A stretch of DNA of 64,000 nt from Minisyncoccota bacterium (GTDB lineage Bacteria; Patescibacteriota; Minisyncoccia; Phycocordibacterales; UBA9973), in NCBI GenBank assembly GCA_035994985.1, contig DASYKZ010000007.1, positions 15,601 through 79,600 of the forward strand, written 5' to 3'. Position 1 is the stretch's first letter, and each line of letters opens with the position of its first letter. Of the stretch, positions 27,553-36,676 are shown piece after piece. The position numbers were made by a program, and so were the translations under genes. A model generated the notes under the pieces. The model was given only the letters and a program-made list of their open reading frames with translations. It ran no database searches and had not been told where the DNA came from.

Positions 27553-28311
27553 ATGCAAAAAGGAGATATTGTGAAAGGAGCCGATGAAGCCATAGTGGAA
27601 CAAATGTTCAAAGCCGGGGCTCATTATGGATACTCGAAGACCCGAAGGCACCCTTCGGTCTCTTCATATATATATACCACCAAGAACAAAGGCGATATTA
27701 TCGACCTTGAAAAAACGAGTGCATTGCTCGACAAAGCGGCGAAATTTGCAGAGGATTTGGGCGCGGAGGGCAAGATAATTCTTTTCGTCGGCACAAAGCC
27801 GGAGGCAAAAACCGCCATCAAAGCCGCCGCAGAATCAGTCGGTATGCCGTATGTGGTAGAACGATGGATTGGAGGGACAATTTCAAATTTTGTAGAAATA
27901 AAAAAGAGAATCACAGAGCTAGAAACATACCAGAAAGATTCCGTCATGGGCGAGCTTGAAAAGTATACTAAAAAAGAACGCGTGATGATGGCAAAAAAGA
28001 TGGAAAAGCTTTCCAGATATTATTCCGGGCTTATCGGGCTCAAAAAAATTCCAGACGCGCTGTTTATCGTGGATGCGAAGAGCGAGCACATCGCGGCGAC
28101 GGAAGGAATAAAGTCCGGGGTAGCAGTCATTTCCCTTGTAAACTCCGACTCAGACATCAGGAACATCGACTACCCTATCGTAGCCAACGACGGAGTCATC
28201 CCCTCAATTAAATTTTTTGCTTCGGCTATAGCGGAAGCTTATAAAAAAGGCACGCTAAGAGCCCCTGCCCCGGCAAAAACTGAAGCTCCAGCCGTACCGG
28301 AGGTTCAATAA
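27553..28311 (+). CDS. rpsB: 30S ribosomal protein S2 (true start possibly GTG at 27571 with AGGAG RBS)
   Basis: 'MFKAGAHYGYSKTRRHPSVSSYIY…'. The conserved S2 core runs through the ORF. Confidence 0.9.
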   Translation: MQKGDIVKGADEAIVEQMFKAGAHYGYSKTRRHPSVSSYIYTTKNKGDIIDLEKTSALLDKAAKFAEDLGAEGKIILFVGTKPEAKTAIKAAAESVGMPYVVERWIGGTISNFVEIKKRITELETYQKDSVMGELEKYTKKERVMMAKKMEKLSRYYSGLIGLKKIPDALFIVDAKSEHIAATEGIKSGVAVISLVNSDSDIRNIDYPIVANDGVIPSIKFFASAIAEAYKKGTLRAPAPAKTEAPAVPEVQ

Positions 28312-28363
28312 ATATTAATCATTTAACTCTTCTCTAGCTTTGGCTGGAGGAGATATTACATAT

Positions 28364-29137
28364 ATGCAAATAACAACCGAACTTATAAAACAATTACGAG
28401 ACAGCACGGGCATATCTGTAATGCAGTGCAAGCGTGCCCTTGAGGAAGCTGAAGGCGATATGGACAAAGCCTTGGCTATCTTGAAAAAGACCAGTTCTGA
28501 CATCGCCCTCAAAAAAGGCGACCGGGAAGTCAAAGACGGGGCTGTAGCTATCTTGGCCAATGATACGAAAGCCGTAATGGTTTCTCTCCACTCGGAGACA
28601 GACTTTGTATCCAGGAATGAAGACTTTGTGAACTTACTCCAAAAATTGACTGCTATGGCTTTAGCTTCCGGCACGGAAAAGATGAAAGAACAGGCAAAAG
28701 ACCTGATAGACCCTATAGTCCAGAAAACCGGAGAGAATATCCAGCTCGGCGAGATATATGAAGTATCCGGGGCAGTTTTGGGCACGTACGTGCACAATAA
28801 CAAGTCTGGCGTCATCGTCAGCTTGGAGGGCGGCACGAGCGAGCTCGCGAGAGACATCGCCATGCATATCACAGCCATGAAGCCGGAATATATGAGTGAA
28901 GCCGAAATTGGGGACGACATCAAAAAAACAATGACGGAAATTTTTGAAAAAGAAGTAGCGGACATAGACAAGCCTGAAGACATAAAGAAAAAAATGCTGG
29001 AAGGAAAAATAAGCACATACTTTAAGGAAAAGACTTTGCTACAGCAGCCATTTATAAAAGACGGTGAAATTACCGTGGGCAAACTTCTGGAAAAATCTGG
29101 GGCAAAAATAAAAGAAGTAAAGCGCTCTTCTATATAA
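28364..29137 (+). CDS. tsf: elongation factor Ts
   Basis: 'MQITTELIKQLRDSTGISVMQCKRALEEAEGDMDKALAILKK' (UBA-like N-terminus). GGAGGA RBS at 28346-28351. The track ORF starts at TTG 28340. Confidence 0.9.
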   Translation: MQITTELIKQLRDSTGISVMQCKRALEEAEGDMDKALAILKKTSSDIALKKGDREVKDGAVAILANDTKAVMVSLHSETDFVSRNEDFVNLLQKLTAMALASGTEKMKEQAKDLIDPIVQKTGENIQLGEIYEVSGAVLGTYVHNNKSGVIVSLEGGTSELARDIAMHITAMKPEYMSEAEIGDDIKKTMTEIFEKEVADIDKPEDIKKKMLEGKISTYFKEKTLLQQPFIKDGEITVGKLLEKSGAKIKEVKRSSI

Positions 29138-29140
29138 GAT

Positions 29141-29542
29141 ATGATTTATTTTATTCTAACTTTATTTTTTGTATCACTCATAGGCATCGTCCTAATGATT
29201 GGGAGAAAACTGTCTCTCATAAAAGCCGGCCGGATTGAAGCGCAGACAGAGGGTACGTTTGAAATCCCCTATCTCAAAGAAGCTCAGCATCTAACTGTTG
29301 AAAACATAAAAAAATACGAGCATATGACCCTGGTGGCGCTTCTCCGGTTTTATGTCCAGTCGACAAATATCCTAAAAGAAACATATAGAAGGATAAAAAA
29401 TAATATAAGCAATACAATCAAAAAGAGCCATATCAATCCTGACAGAGCCGAGATTTCCAAGTTGCTCAAAATGATTTCAAATTACACTCACAGAGTAAAG
29501 GAAATAAAGCACAAGATAAAAGAGGAGGAAAAAAGTTTGTAA
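29141..29542 (+). CDS. hypothetical membrane-anchored protein
   Basis: 133 aa, N-terminal TM, Lys-rich C-terminus. Confidence 0.45.
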   Translation: MIYFILTLFFVSLIGIVLMIGRKLSLIKAGRIEAQTEGTFEIPYLKEAQHLTVENIKKYEHMTLVALLRFYVQSTNILKETYRRIKNNISNTIKKSHINPDRAEISKLLKMISNYTHRVKEIKHKIKEEEKSL

Positions 29543-29566
29543 GTGTGTTAGTATAATTTAAGTTAA

Positions 29567-29642
29567 GCCGGAATAGCTCAGTTGGTAGAGCAACACTTTT
29601 GTAAAGTGAAGGTCGTGGGTTCGAATCCCTCTTCCGGCTCCA
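29567..29642 (+). tRNA. tRNA-Thr (anticodon TGT), CCA encoded
   Basis: gccggaatagctcagttggtagagcaacacttttgtaaagtgaaggtcgtgggttcgaatccctcttccggctcca; anticodon loop uuUGUaa. Confidence 0.8.
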
Positions 29643-29658
29643 GAATAAAACTAAAAAA

Positions 29659-30426
29659 ATGGAAACCCCAGAACCATTAACCCCTAAAATAAATCCAAAT
29701 AAGGTTGAAGCCAATAATCAATATCCTAGTGAAGAAGTATTTAAGGCTTATATAGAAGGCAACTCAAGAATACCTCAAATATTTGCTGGAATAACTATTT
29801 TCACTCTCGCTGCAGTTTTAGAAGAATCAAATGTAGAATGGGAAAAATTTTTTAATTCTAAATTTTCTGATGCACAAATTGAACACTTAAAGACTTTAAT
29901 GAATCGTATGCATCACAAAAAATCAATTTCGGCAGCTACATCCGATCATAAAAAATATGTAGACGGGAAGAACTTTGATAAAAAAATAAAGGTAATCAGT
30001 GAAATAGATATTGGTACACTTTGGGAAAATGTAGTACATAATAATATTGCTTATGCGCTCTCACAATGTTTGCAATCTTTAGATCCAGATTATGCACAAA
30101 CTTTTAAAAATAAAGGTGCTTTTAGAAAAATTGATGAAGCTGATTTTATAAGTTATTTATCGGATATAAAAAATAAGCCAGTTCTAAATGAGGCGAAAAA
30201 AATATTTACAGCAATAAGAGACGCTCTGCGTTCTGAAGCTGCGGATGAATTATTTAAAAATTGGCGAGAAGAGTTTGATTTCAGTAAGCCCGAAAACAAG
30301 GGTAACAGTACAAAAACATGGTACCAAAAAGGTTACCGCACTAAAATTTCTGAAGTTATTGTTTCGTACCTAAGAAGCCAAAGACCCGATATTTCGACAG
30401 ATTTAGTGGAGTCAATCTGGGGATAA
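29659..30426 (+). CDS. hypothetical protein (AT-rich gene immediately 3' of tRNA-Thr)
   Basis: 255 aa, no recognisable motif. Confidence 0.5.
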   Translation: METPEPLTPKINPNKVEANNQYPSEEVFKAYIEGNSRIPQIFAGITIFTLAAVLEESNVEWEKFFNSKFSDAQIEHLKTLMNRMHHKKSISAATSDHKKYVDGKNFDKKIKVISEIDIGTLWENVVHNNIAYALSQCLQSLDPDYAQTFKNKGAFRKIDEADFISYLSDIKNKPVLNEAKKIFTAIRDALRSEAADELFKNWREEFDFSKPENKGNSTKTWYQKGYRTKISEVIVSYLRSQRPDISTDLVESIWG

Positions 30427-30467
30427 TCGGAGTTTTTATTTGAAAATTAGATTGTAGGAATTTATTT

Positions 30468-31160
30468 TTAAGAACTCTTTTTAGGAGTAATTGTGGTTTC
30501 AGGCTTTATTTCTTGCAGTTTGAAAGAAGTTTGGACTTTTTCTTCCAGCTCTTCTACGCTGTGGAATCCGGTCAATACCTCGTCTTCGAGGACCACAGCC
30601 GGAAGCTCCGTGTCTTTTATTTTATAGATTTGAAGCATAGCTTTTACCGCCGATAAGTCGGTGCTGTAATCAAAAGAATACACCCGAAGCTCGGGGTATC
30701 TGTCGCGCAGGGTGGAAAGTACGAGGGATTCCCTCTCGCAAACGCTGCAATTCTCCGCAGTGGTATAGAAATACAGAATAAAAGCGGATTTTACCTTGCA
30801 TTGCTGGGAGATTTTTTTAGACAAAAGATAGTCTTTGATTTCCAAGAGCGAGTAATACTTTTTTAAATATGCGAGCTCGTCCGCATTGCCGAGGTTTTCC
30901 TGCCCCCATTCCAGCTTGCCACCGAGTTCATCCAGCTCATTAGAAAATACAGAGTCGGAAATGTTCTTGCAGGAAAGTTCGGAGAGCAATGAAAACTGGG
31001 TTTCGGAAGAAAGTATATCTATGGCGAGCTTGTCTTGGATTGTTTTTATCTGGTCTATTTTTTTATTGCCGAGATAATTGCTTATATAGCTCGCGGTCAG
31101 GAAAAGCGCGATAGTAATCAAGAAAACGATTAAATATTTTTTCCAGTCAATTTGAGTCAT
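30468..31160 (-). CDS. membrane-anchored protein with possible thioredoxin-like CxxC (CSVC) domain
   Basis: N-terminal TM; 'FYTTAENCSVCERESLVL'. Confidence 0.4.
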   Translation of the reverse strand: MTQIDWKKYLIVFLITIALFLTASYISNYLGNKKIDQIKTIQDKLAIDILSSETQFSLLSELSCKNISDSVFSNELDELGGKLEWGQENLGNADELAYLKKYYSLLEIKDYLLSKKISQQCKVKSAFILYFYTTAENCSVCERESLVLSTLRDRYPELRVYSFDYSTDLSAVKAMLQIYKIKDTELPAVVLEDEVLTGFHSVEELEEKVQTSFKLQEIKPETTITPKKSS

Positions 31161-31167
31161 ATTTATT

Positions 31168-32421
31168 TTATCTCCACGCCGGGGGGCTCCTTTTTACAAT
31201 AGTAGTATAGACTGCCTTTAAAAGCCAAAATGGGGCAATAACGCTGAACACGGGGAAAAAATACAGCATTGATAAAGAAAAAGACCATTTTCTCTCGGCC
31301 ATTTTTTTGCCGAAAACCATCGCAAAAATAACAAGGGCATATATCAGCACCATCATAAACATAGTGGCTTTTGTATTTATAAAAAACGGGTCAAAGTTGA
31401 GCTTGTGCGGAAGCTGGAACCCCACGGTTCTCCAAACTATAAACTTTGAATATAAAAAATCTCCTGTACTATAGACTATCCTGCCGAAAAGGTAGCTCAC
31501 GGAAAATATAGAAAGAGCTCCTAGCGGCAAAGTAAATATGGAGAAATTACCGTATTTTTTCCTGAACAAAACACCGCGGTAATCTATCGTATTGTTTATA
31601 AAGCCGTAAATCCAGCGCAGTCTTTGTTTATATAATGTCCGGACAGTTTTGGGGGTATTTGTAAAAACATATGCATCATTGCAATGCCTTATTTTGTAAT
31701 GGTTTTTCTGCATCCTGTAGGCTATCTCCATGTCTTCAGTATTGTGTCCATGGCGATACGGGCCTAAGTCGTCAAAAACTTTCTTTCGGAAAATGGTAAG
31801 CGGACCCGGAGTGACATTGATAGCTCCTATGAAATCAAGCATTTTTTTGAAATAGACCCCCATATCGTATTCCGCTTTCTGGGCATTTTGTATTATATTC
31901 TTTGCATTATGCACAGTCACCGAAGGAACCACGGCCATGACATCCGGATTCTTGTCGAAAGAACTCATGATGCGGACGAGCGACTCTGGGTCGGCATATG
32001 AATCCGCATCTAATGCGCCAAAAAATTCTGTGTCCATGTGTTCTAATCCGAAATTGAGTACAGTATATTTCCCGCCATTTTTTTTATGGAAAACTCTGAC
32101 ATTTGGATACAAAGAACTATTGTCAAACTTGCGAAGAATATCTAGGGTACCATCCGTAGAGCCATCATCAATAAGAAAGATTTTTAGCTTATCTTTGGGA
32201 TAGTTTAAATCTAAGAGTGAGCACACGGTCTTGTAGACAGTCTTTTCTTCATTCCAGCAAGGAACCGTAATCGTCACCGATGGGTAATGGTCAAGTTTAA
32301 TTTTACCACTGCGAATAATTATCTTTTTTCTATTCTCCAAAAAGGTAATGAAAAAAAACAACTGCGCGTACACAGACAAAAATATCAATACTTCAAATAT
32401 TATATTAGTAACCGAAACCAT
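31168..32421 (-). CDS. processive family-2 glycosyltransferase (cellulose/chitin/PNAG-synthase-like), membrane-embedded
   Basis: 'FLIDDGSTDGT', 'GALDADSY', 'HNTEDME' and 'YKQRLRWIYG' give the D,D,D,QxxRW signature; N- and C-terminal TM helices. Confidence 0.8.
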   Translation of the reverse strand: MVSVTNIIFEVLIFLSVYAQLFFFITFLENRKKIIIRSGKIKLDHYPSVTITVPCWNEEKTVYKTVCSLLDLNYPKDKLKIFLIDDGSTDGTLDILRKFDNSSLYPNVRVFHKKNGGKYTVLNFGLEHMDTEFFGALDADSYADPESLVRIMSSFDKNPDVMAVVPSVTVHNAKNIIQNAQKAEYDMGVYFKKMLDFIGAINVTPGPLTIFRKKVFDDLGPYRHGHNTEDMEIAYRMQKNHYKIRHCNDAYVFTNTPKTVRTLYKQRLRWIYGFINNTIDYRGVLFRKKYGNFSIFTLPLGALSIFSVSYLFGRIVYSTGDFLYSKFIVWRTVGFQLPHKLNFDPFFINTKATMFMMVLIYALVIFAMVFGKKMAERKWSFSLSMLYFFPVFSVIAPFWLLKAVYTTIVKRSPPAWR

Positions 32422-32507
32422 GTATAGCTAGTATAGCAAAAAAATCCCCTATAAACAAGTTTTATTTTACTTGTTTATAGGGGATTTTAAGACCGAAAAT
32501 CTCCAAA

Positions 32508-32795
32508 TTACATCATTGTATCGTCTGTTTTTGCCTCCGTTCCGCAAGTACAGCCTGCCATGCACTTTTTGCACTTACAGCCGATAATTTTCATTACCGC
32601 CCCTACTCCGACAAGGATGTAGACGATTGCCTCAAGAGTTGGCATTCCTCCAAGAATCAAATTAACGACATTTAAATTGCTGCCCATAAGCATGCCGATA
32701 CCTACCAATCCCCAGTTTAACCCTCCGATAAGCAATAAGATTTTACCGAGCTTTGCCGGCAAACACATACCTCCTCCGCATTTTCCATTACACAT
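32508..32795 (-). CDS. DUF378-family small membrane protein with Cys-rich N- and C-terminal tails
   Basis: 'LLIGGLNWGLVGIGMLMG' is the DUF378 signature; 'MCNGKCGGGMC…' and '…GCKCKKCMAGCTCG' tails. Confidence 0.6.
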   Translation of the reverse strand: MCNGKCGGGMCLPAKLGKILLLIGGLNWGLVGIGMLMGSNLNVVNLILGGMPTLEAIVYILVGVGAVMKIIGCKCKKCMAGCTCGTEAKTDDTMM

Positions 32796-32919
32796 ATATT
32801 TTTATAATTAAATTAATAAAGTGACCTTTTTAATAATGGGTTAATTGTAACATACATTGTAAATATGGTACAATAGCATATTAATAACTGTTTACTAACA
32901 ATTACCAAAAAATAACATT

Positions 32920-33603
32920 ATGAATAAAGACCAAAAACCAATAGTAAGCGCGATAATCATAGCCGGCGTTCTCATAGCCGGAGCTATAATGCTGCGAGGC
33001 AGCAAACCTCCGATGGCCCAAAATATTCCTGCAGGAAATGGCGGCACTGCCGTAACCTTGGCCCCTGTCGGGCCGTCTGACAGAATTTTCGGAAATCCAC
33101 AGGCAAAAGTCGCTGTGGTCATGTATGAAGATTTTCAATGCCCTTTCTGTGAAAAGTTTTTCACAGAGTCAGAAACAAATATCAGGAATACATATGTCCA
33201 AAATGGCGATGTACAGTTGGTATACCGGGATTTTGCTTTCTTGGGGCCAGAATCAAACCGAGCAGCTGAGGCAGCCAGATGCGCCGCCGACCAAGGCAAA
33301 TTCTGGGAATATCACGACTACTTGTTTACCCACCAAAATGGGGAAAACGAGGGAAACTTTGCCGACCAGTATTTGAAATCTTTTGCAAAAAACCTTGGCT
33401 TGAATACTAATGACTTTGACAGCTGTCTTGACGGAGGCAAATATGTACAGGCGGTGACAGACCAGACAAGCGAAGGAAGTGCTGCCGGAGTATCAGGCAC
33501 GCCAAAAGGGTTCATCCTGAAAGACGGCCAAATCACAGATACTATAGACGGAGCAGAGCCGTTTGCGACAGTCAAAGCAAAAATCGACGCTGCGTTGAAA
33601 TAG
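32920..33603 (+). CDS. DsbA-family thiol:disulfide oxidoreductase, membrane-anchored
   Basis: 'VVMYEDFQCPFCEKFF' (CPFC active site); N-terminal TM. Confidence 0.8.
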   Translation: MNKDQKPIVSAIIIAGVLIAGAIMLRGSKPPMAQNIPAGNGGTAVTLAPVGPSDRIFGNPQAKVAVVMYEDFQCPFCEKFFTESETNIRNTYVQNGDVQLVYRDFAFLGPESNRAAEAARCAADQGKFWEYHDYLFTHQNGENEGNFADQYLKSFAKNLGLNTNDFDSCLDGGKYVQAVTDQTSEGSAAGVSGTPKGFILKDGQITDTIDGAEPFATVKAKIDAALK

Positions 33604-33614
33604 AAATAATGTAA

Positions 33615-33645
33615 ATAAAAAACCCGCATTGCGGGTTTTTTATTT
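33615..33645 (+). terminator. bidirectional intrinsic terminator between dsbA-like (+) and rpoD (-)
   Basis: aaaaaacccgcattgcgggttttttatt. Confidence 0.7.
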
Positions 33646-34885
33646 AGTCAAAATAGTTTTTCAAACGTGAGATCTTTTCATGCTGGCGGAGTTTTTCGTG
33701 GACCTTGGCTTCGATTTGGCGGATACGTTCGCGGGTCACGCCAAATTCTTCCCCTACCCTCTCCAGCGTATGCTGGATGCCGTCCAAGAGTCCATAACGC
33801 ATTTCAAGTATTTTGCGTTCTTTAGGATTTAGCTCGTCCAAGACTTCGCGGATTTGGTCCGAAAGGATTCTCCTCGAAGACTCCTGGTCGGGCCGTAAAA
33901 TTTTATCGTCCGGAATAAAATTTTCCAGCGTCGATTTATCGTCATCGTCCCCTATCGGCTGTTCGAGCGAAATCGTGTCTTGGCTGATTTTTTCAATAAT
34001 ATGAATTTTTTCTACCGGTATATCCATTTCGGTGGCTATCTCTTCAGCGAGCGGTTCACGCCCTAAATCCTGGGAAAGCCTCCTCATGACTTGCTTGTAT
34101 TTTGAAATTGTTTCTACCATGTGCACCGGTATGCGAATAGTGCGGGATTGGTCAGCCAGCGCACGGGTAATGGACTGGCGAATCCACCATGTGGCATACG
34201 TAGAGAATTTATATCCCTTGGTCCAGTCAAATTTCTCTACAGCCTTAAACAGCCCCAGGTTTCCTTCCTGTATCAAATCAAGCAGGTTCAAGTTTGCGCT
34301 TCTGCCTACATATTTCTTGGCGATGGAGACGACAAGGCGCAGGTTTGCCCTCGCGAGCAAATTTTTAGCTTCCATGTCTCCGTGTTCTATGCGCTTGGCA
34401 AGGTCTTTTTCTTCGGCAGCGCGAATGAGCGGGTACTGCCCGATTTCTTTCAAATACATCTGGATAGAATCGTGCATACTGCCTTTATTCAAGTCTTTGT
34501 CTGTGAGGTCGACATCAAGATCGAGCAAATTTCCGCCTTCGAGGACATCAATAGAAGCAAGCGCAAACTTCTCGTATAGTTCGTCTAAAAAGAAAATATT
34601 GTTTTCAATGTCGGGAAAAACCTTTAGTATCTCATCATAGGTTATAAATCCGCGTTTGCGCCCTTTCGCTACTAACTCATCTGAAAGACGGCGCAGCTTT
34701 TGTTCTTTGGTTTCTGCCCGAGCGCCTTTTTTTGCGGTTTTTTTAGCGACTTTTTTCTTGGAAACCTTCTTAATCGCTTTTTTTACTTTCTTTGGTTTAT
34801 TTTTTTTAACAGGTTTTTTTGCTTTCGCTGTTTTCTTTTGAACTTTTACCTTTTTCTTTATTATTTTTTTCTTTTTTGTTTTCAT
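33644..34885 (-). CDS. rpoD: RNA polymerase sigma-70 factor RpoD with Lys-rich N-terminal extension
   Basis: Regions 1.2-4: '[11 protein letters not shown]', '[40 protein letters not shown]', and a C-terminal HTH. The first ~60 aa are K-rich. Confidence 0.9.
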   Translation of the reverse strand: MKTKKKKIIKKKVKVQKKTAKAKKPVKKNKPKKVKKAIKKVSKKKVAKKTAKKGARAETKEQKLRRLSDELVAKGRKRGFITYDEILKVFPDIENNIFFLDELYEKFALASIDVLEGGNLLDLDVDLTDKDLNKGSMHDSIQMYLKEIGQYPLIRAAEEKDLAKRIEHGDMEAKNLLARANLRLVVSIAKKYVGRSANLNLLDLIQEGNLGLFKAVEKFDWTKGYKFSTYATWWIRQSITRALADQSRTIRIPVHMVETISKYKQVMRRLSQDLGREPLAEEIATEMDIPVEKIHIIEKISQDTISLEQPIGDDDDKSTLENFIPDDKILRPDQESSRRILSDQIREVLDELNPKERKILEMRYGLLDGIQHTLERVGEEFGVTRERIRQIEAKVHEKLRQHEKISRLKNYFD

Positions 34886-34907
34886 AGATTTTTATTTTAT
34901 TTCTTCT

Positions 34908-36668
34908 TTATTTTTTTATGCGACTATTTTTAATATTCTGTATTTTATTGTTAATTTCGTTTATTTCTTTTAAAATTTCTCTACCCTTAGATATATCTTT
35001 TTTTTCTTCGTATATATGTAATTCCTGCATTTTTTTAATCCTTTCTTCATTTAAATATTCTTCTTCTAGATTTAAAATGAGTTCGTCCACGTCTTTTTTT
35101 AAATTCATTTCGCCCCCATAAAAAACTTCAGCTTCAAAAATAAGGTCTTCTTTGTCGGGAGCGCTCTTTTCTATTAAAGCCTGAGGGGTAATCTTTAAAA
35201 TATCTGCCACATTCTTTGTTATTTCTTCTATATTGATAGACGAATCAGAAAGCGTTTTCTGCCAGATGATGATGCCGAGCAGTTTTCTCTCAATATAATC
35301 TTTTCTAAATTTTCTTACCTCGCCTTTTAAAGCCTTCTCTCCTCCTACCTCTAATATGCCGCTTGCTTGGGCTGGTATTTTCTTTAAATCATCTTTCAGG
35401 GCTTGCTCGGAAATTGAAGACATATCTGATATTTTTTTTATAAAATGCATTTGCTCGATAGAGCTGTCTATAGAGCTAACAAATGGCAATATTGTATCTT
35501 TTATCTCTCTCCCCGCTTTTCGGCTGTCCCCTTTAGCATCCGCCAGCACCTTAACAAGCAAGAATTCTATGAGATGCGTAGAGCCTCTAATGGCTTCTTT
35601 CCAGGCGTCTGCTCCGCTTTTGGAAATAAGGTCTGCGGGGTCGAGCTCCGCCTCCATCTTTGCCACTTTTACATCCATGCCGAGAGATAGGGCTATTTTG
35701 CCTGCGCGGAGCGTGGCCCCAAAGCCAGCCTTGTCGCTATCGAAAGCGAGGACTATATTGTCCGAAAGCCGGCGCACAAGCCCCAAATTTGAAACTACAT
35801 TTTCCCTGCTCACAGTCGCATCAGACAGCGCAGTGCCTGAGGTGGCGACGGTATTTCGAAAACCCGCCTGATGCGATAAAATCAAATCCATCTGGCCTTC
35901 GACTAAAATGGAAAAATTATTTTTACGGATTGATTCTTTGGCCTTATCAAGTCCGAAAAATACTAAGTATTTGCTGAAAATCGGAGTGTCCGGACTGTTT
36001 AAATATTTGGCGGATTTTTCATCATCTTGGAATAATCTTCCGGAAAAAGCTATAATGCGTCCGCTCGAATCTCCTATGGGAAACATCACGCGCCCGCGGA
36101 ATCTGTCATAAAAGCCTTTGTCAGTTTTTTTTACAAGTCCCGCACGCTCCATCTCAGCATCGGTAAAACCTTTCTTTTGTAAGTGAGAATATAGTTCCCG
36201 CCAGTCCGGCTTTATGTATCCGACCCTAAAATCTTTAATACTTTTCTCTTCGAGCCCGCGGGTTTTTAAATACCCTAAAACTTCTGCGCTGGCTTTTAAG
36301 TTATTTTCAAAGAATTTAGCCGCTTCTTCCATTGCTTCGTATAATCTTTCTTTTTCACTTTGATTTTCTTTATTCGCAGGGTCAAACTTTTCGAGCGCAA
36401 CTCCCGCCTTGTCTGCCAAAAGCTTGAGCGCGCCTTTGAAATCAAGCCCTTCAAATTCTTCGACGAAAGTGAATATGTCTCCAGAAGCATTGCAGCCAAA
36501 GCAATAATAGCTCCCCCGTCCCGATGAAACGAAAAACGAAGGAGTTTTTTCGTTGTGAAAAGGACACTTGGCTTTCCAGTTTATGCCTGATTTTTCCAGC
36601 TTTATGTAAGAAGAGACTACTTCTTCGATTGAAAGTCTCTCCTTAATTTTATCCACGGGAGAGTTCAT
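34908..36668 (-). CDS. dnaG: DNA primase DnaG
   Basis: Zinc-binding 'CPFHNEKTPSFFVS…CFGC' and TOPRIM 'ILVEGQMDLI'. Placed in the dnaG-rpoD order. Confidence 0.9.
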   Translation of the reverse strand: MNSPVDKIKERLSIEEVVSSYIKLEKSGINWKAKCPFHNEKTPSFFVSSGRGSYYCFGCNASGDIFTFVEEFEGLDFKGALKLLADKAGVALEKFDPANKENQSEKERLYEAMEEAAKFFENNLKASAEVLGYLKTRGLEEKSIKDFRVGYIKPDWRELYSHLQKKGFTDAEMERAGLVKKTDKGFYDRFRGRVMFPIGDSSGRIIAFSGRLFQDDEKSAKYLNSPDTPIFSKYLVFFGLDKAKESIRKNNFSILVEGQMDLILSHQAGFRNTVATSGTALSDATVSRENVVSNLGLVRRLSDNIVLAFDSDKAGFGATLRAGKIALSLGMDVKVAKMEAELDPADLISKSGADAWKEAIRGSTHLIEFLLVKVLADAKGDSRKAGREIKDTILPFVSSIDSSIEQMHFIKKISDMSSISEQALKDDLKKIPAQASGILEVGGEKALKGEVRKFRKDYIERKLLGIIIWQKTLSDSSINIEEITKNVADILKITPQALIEKSAPDKEDLIFEAEVFYGGEMNLKKDVDELILNLEEEYLNEERIKKMQELHIYEEKKDISKGREILKEINEINNKIQNIKNSRIKK

Positions 36669-36676
36669 AAGCTTTT

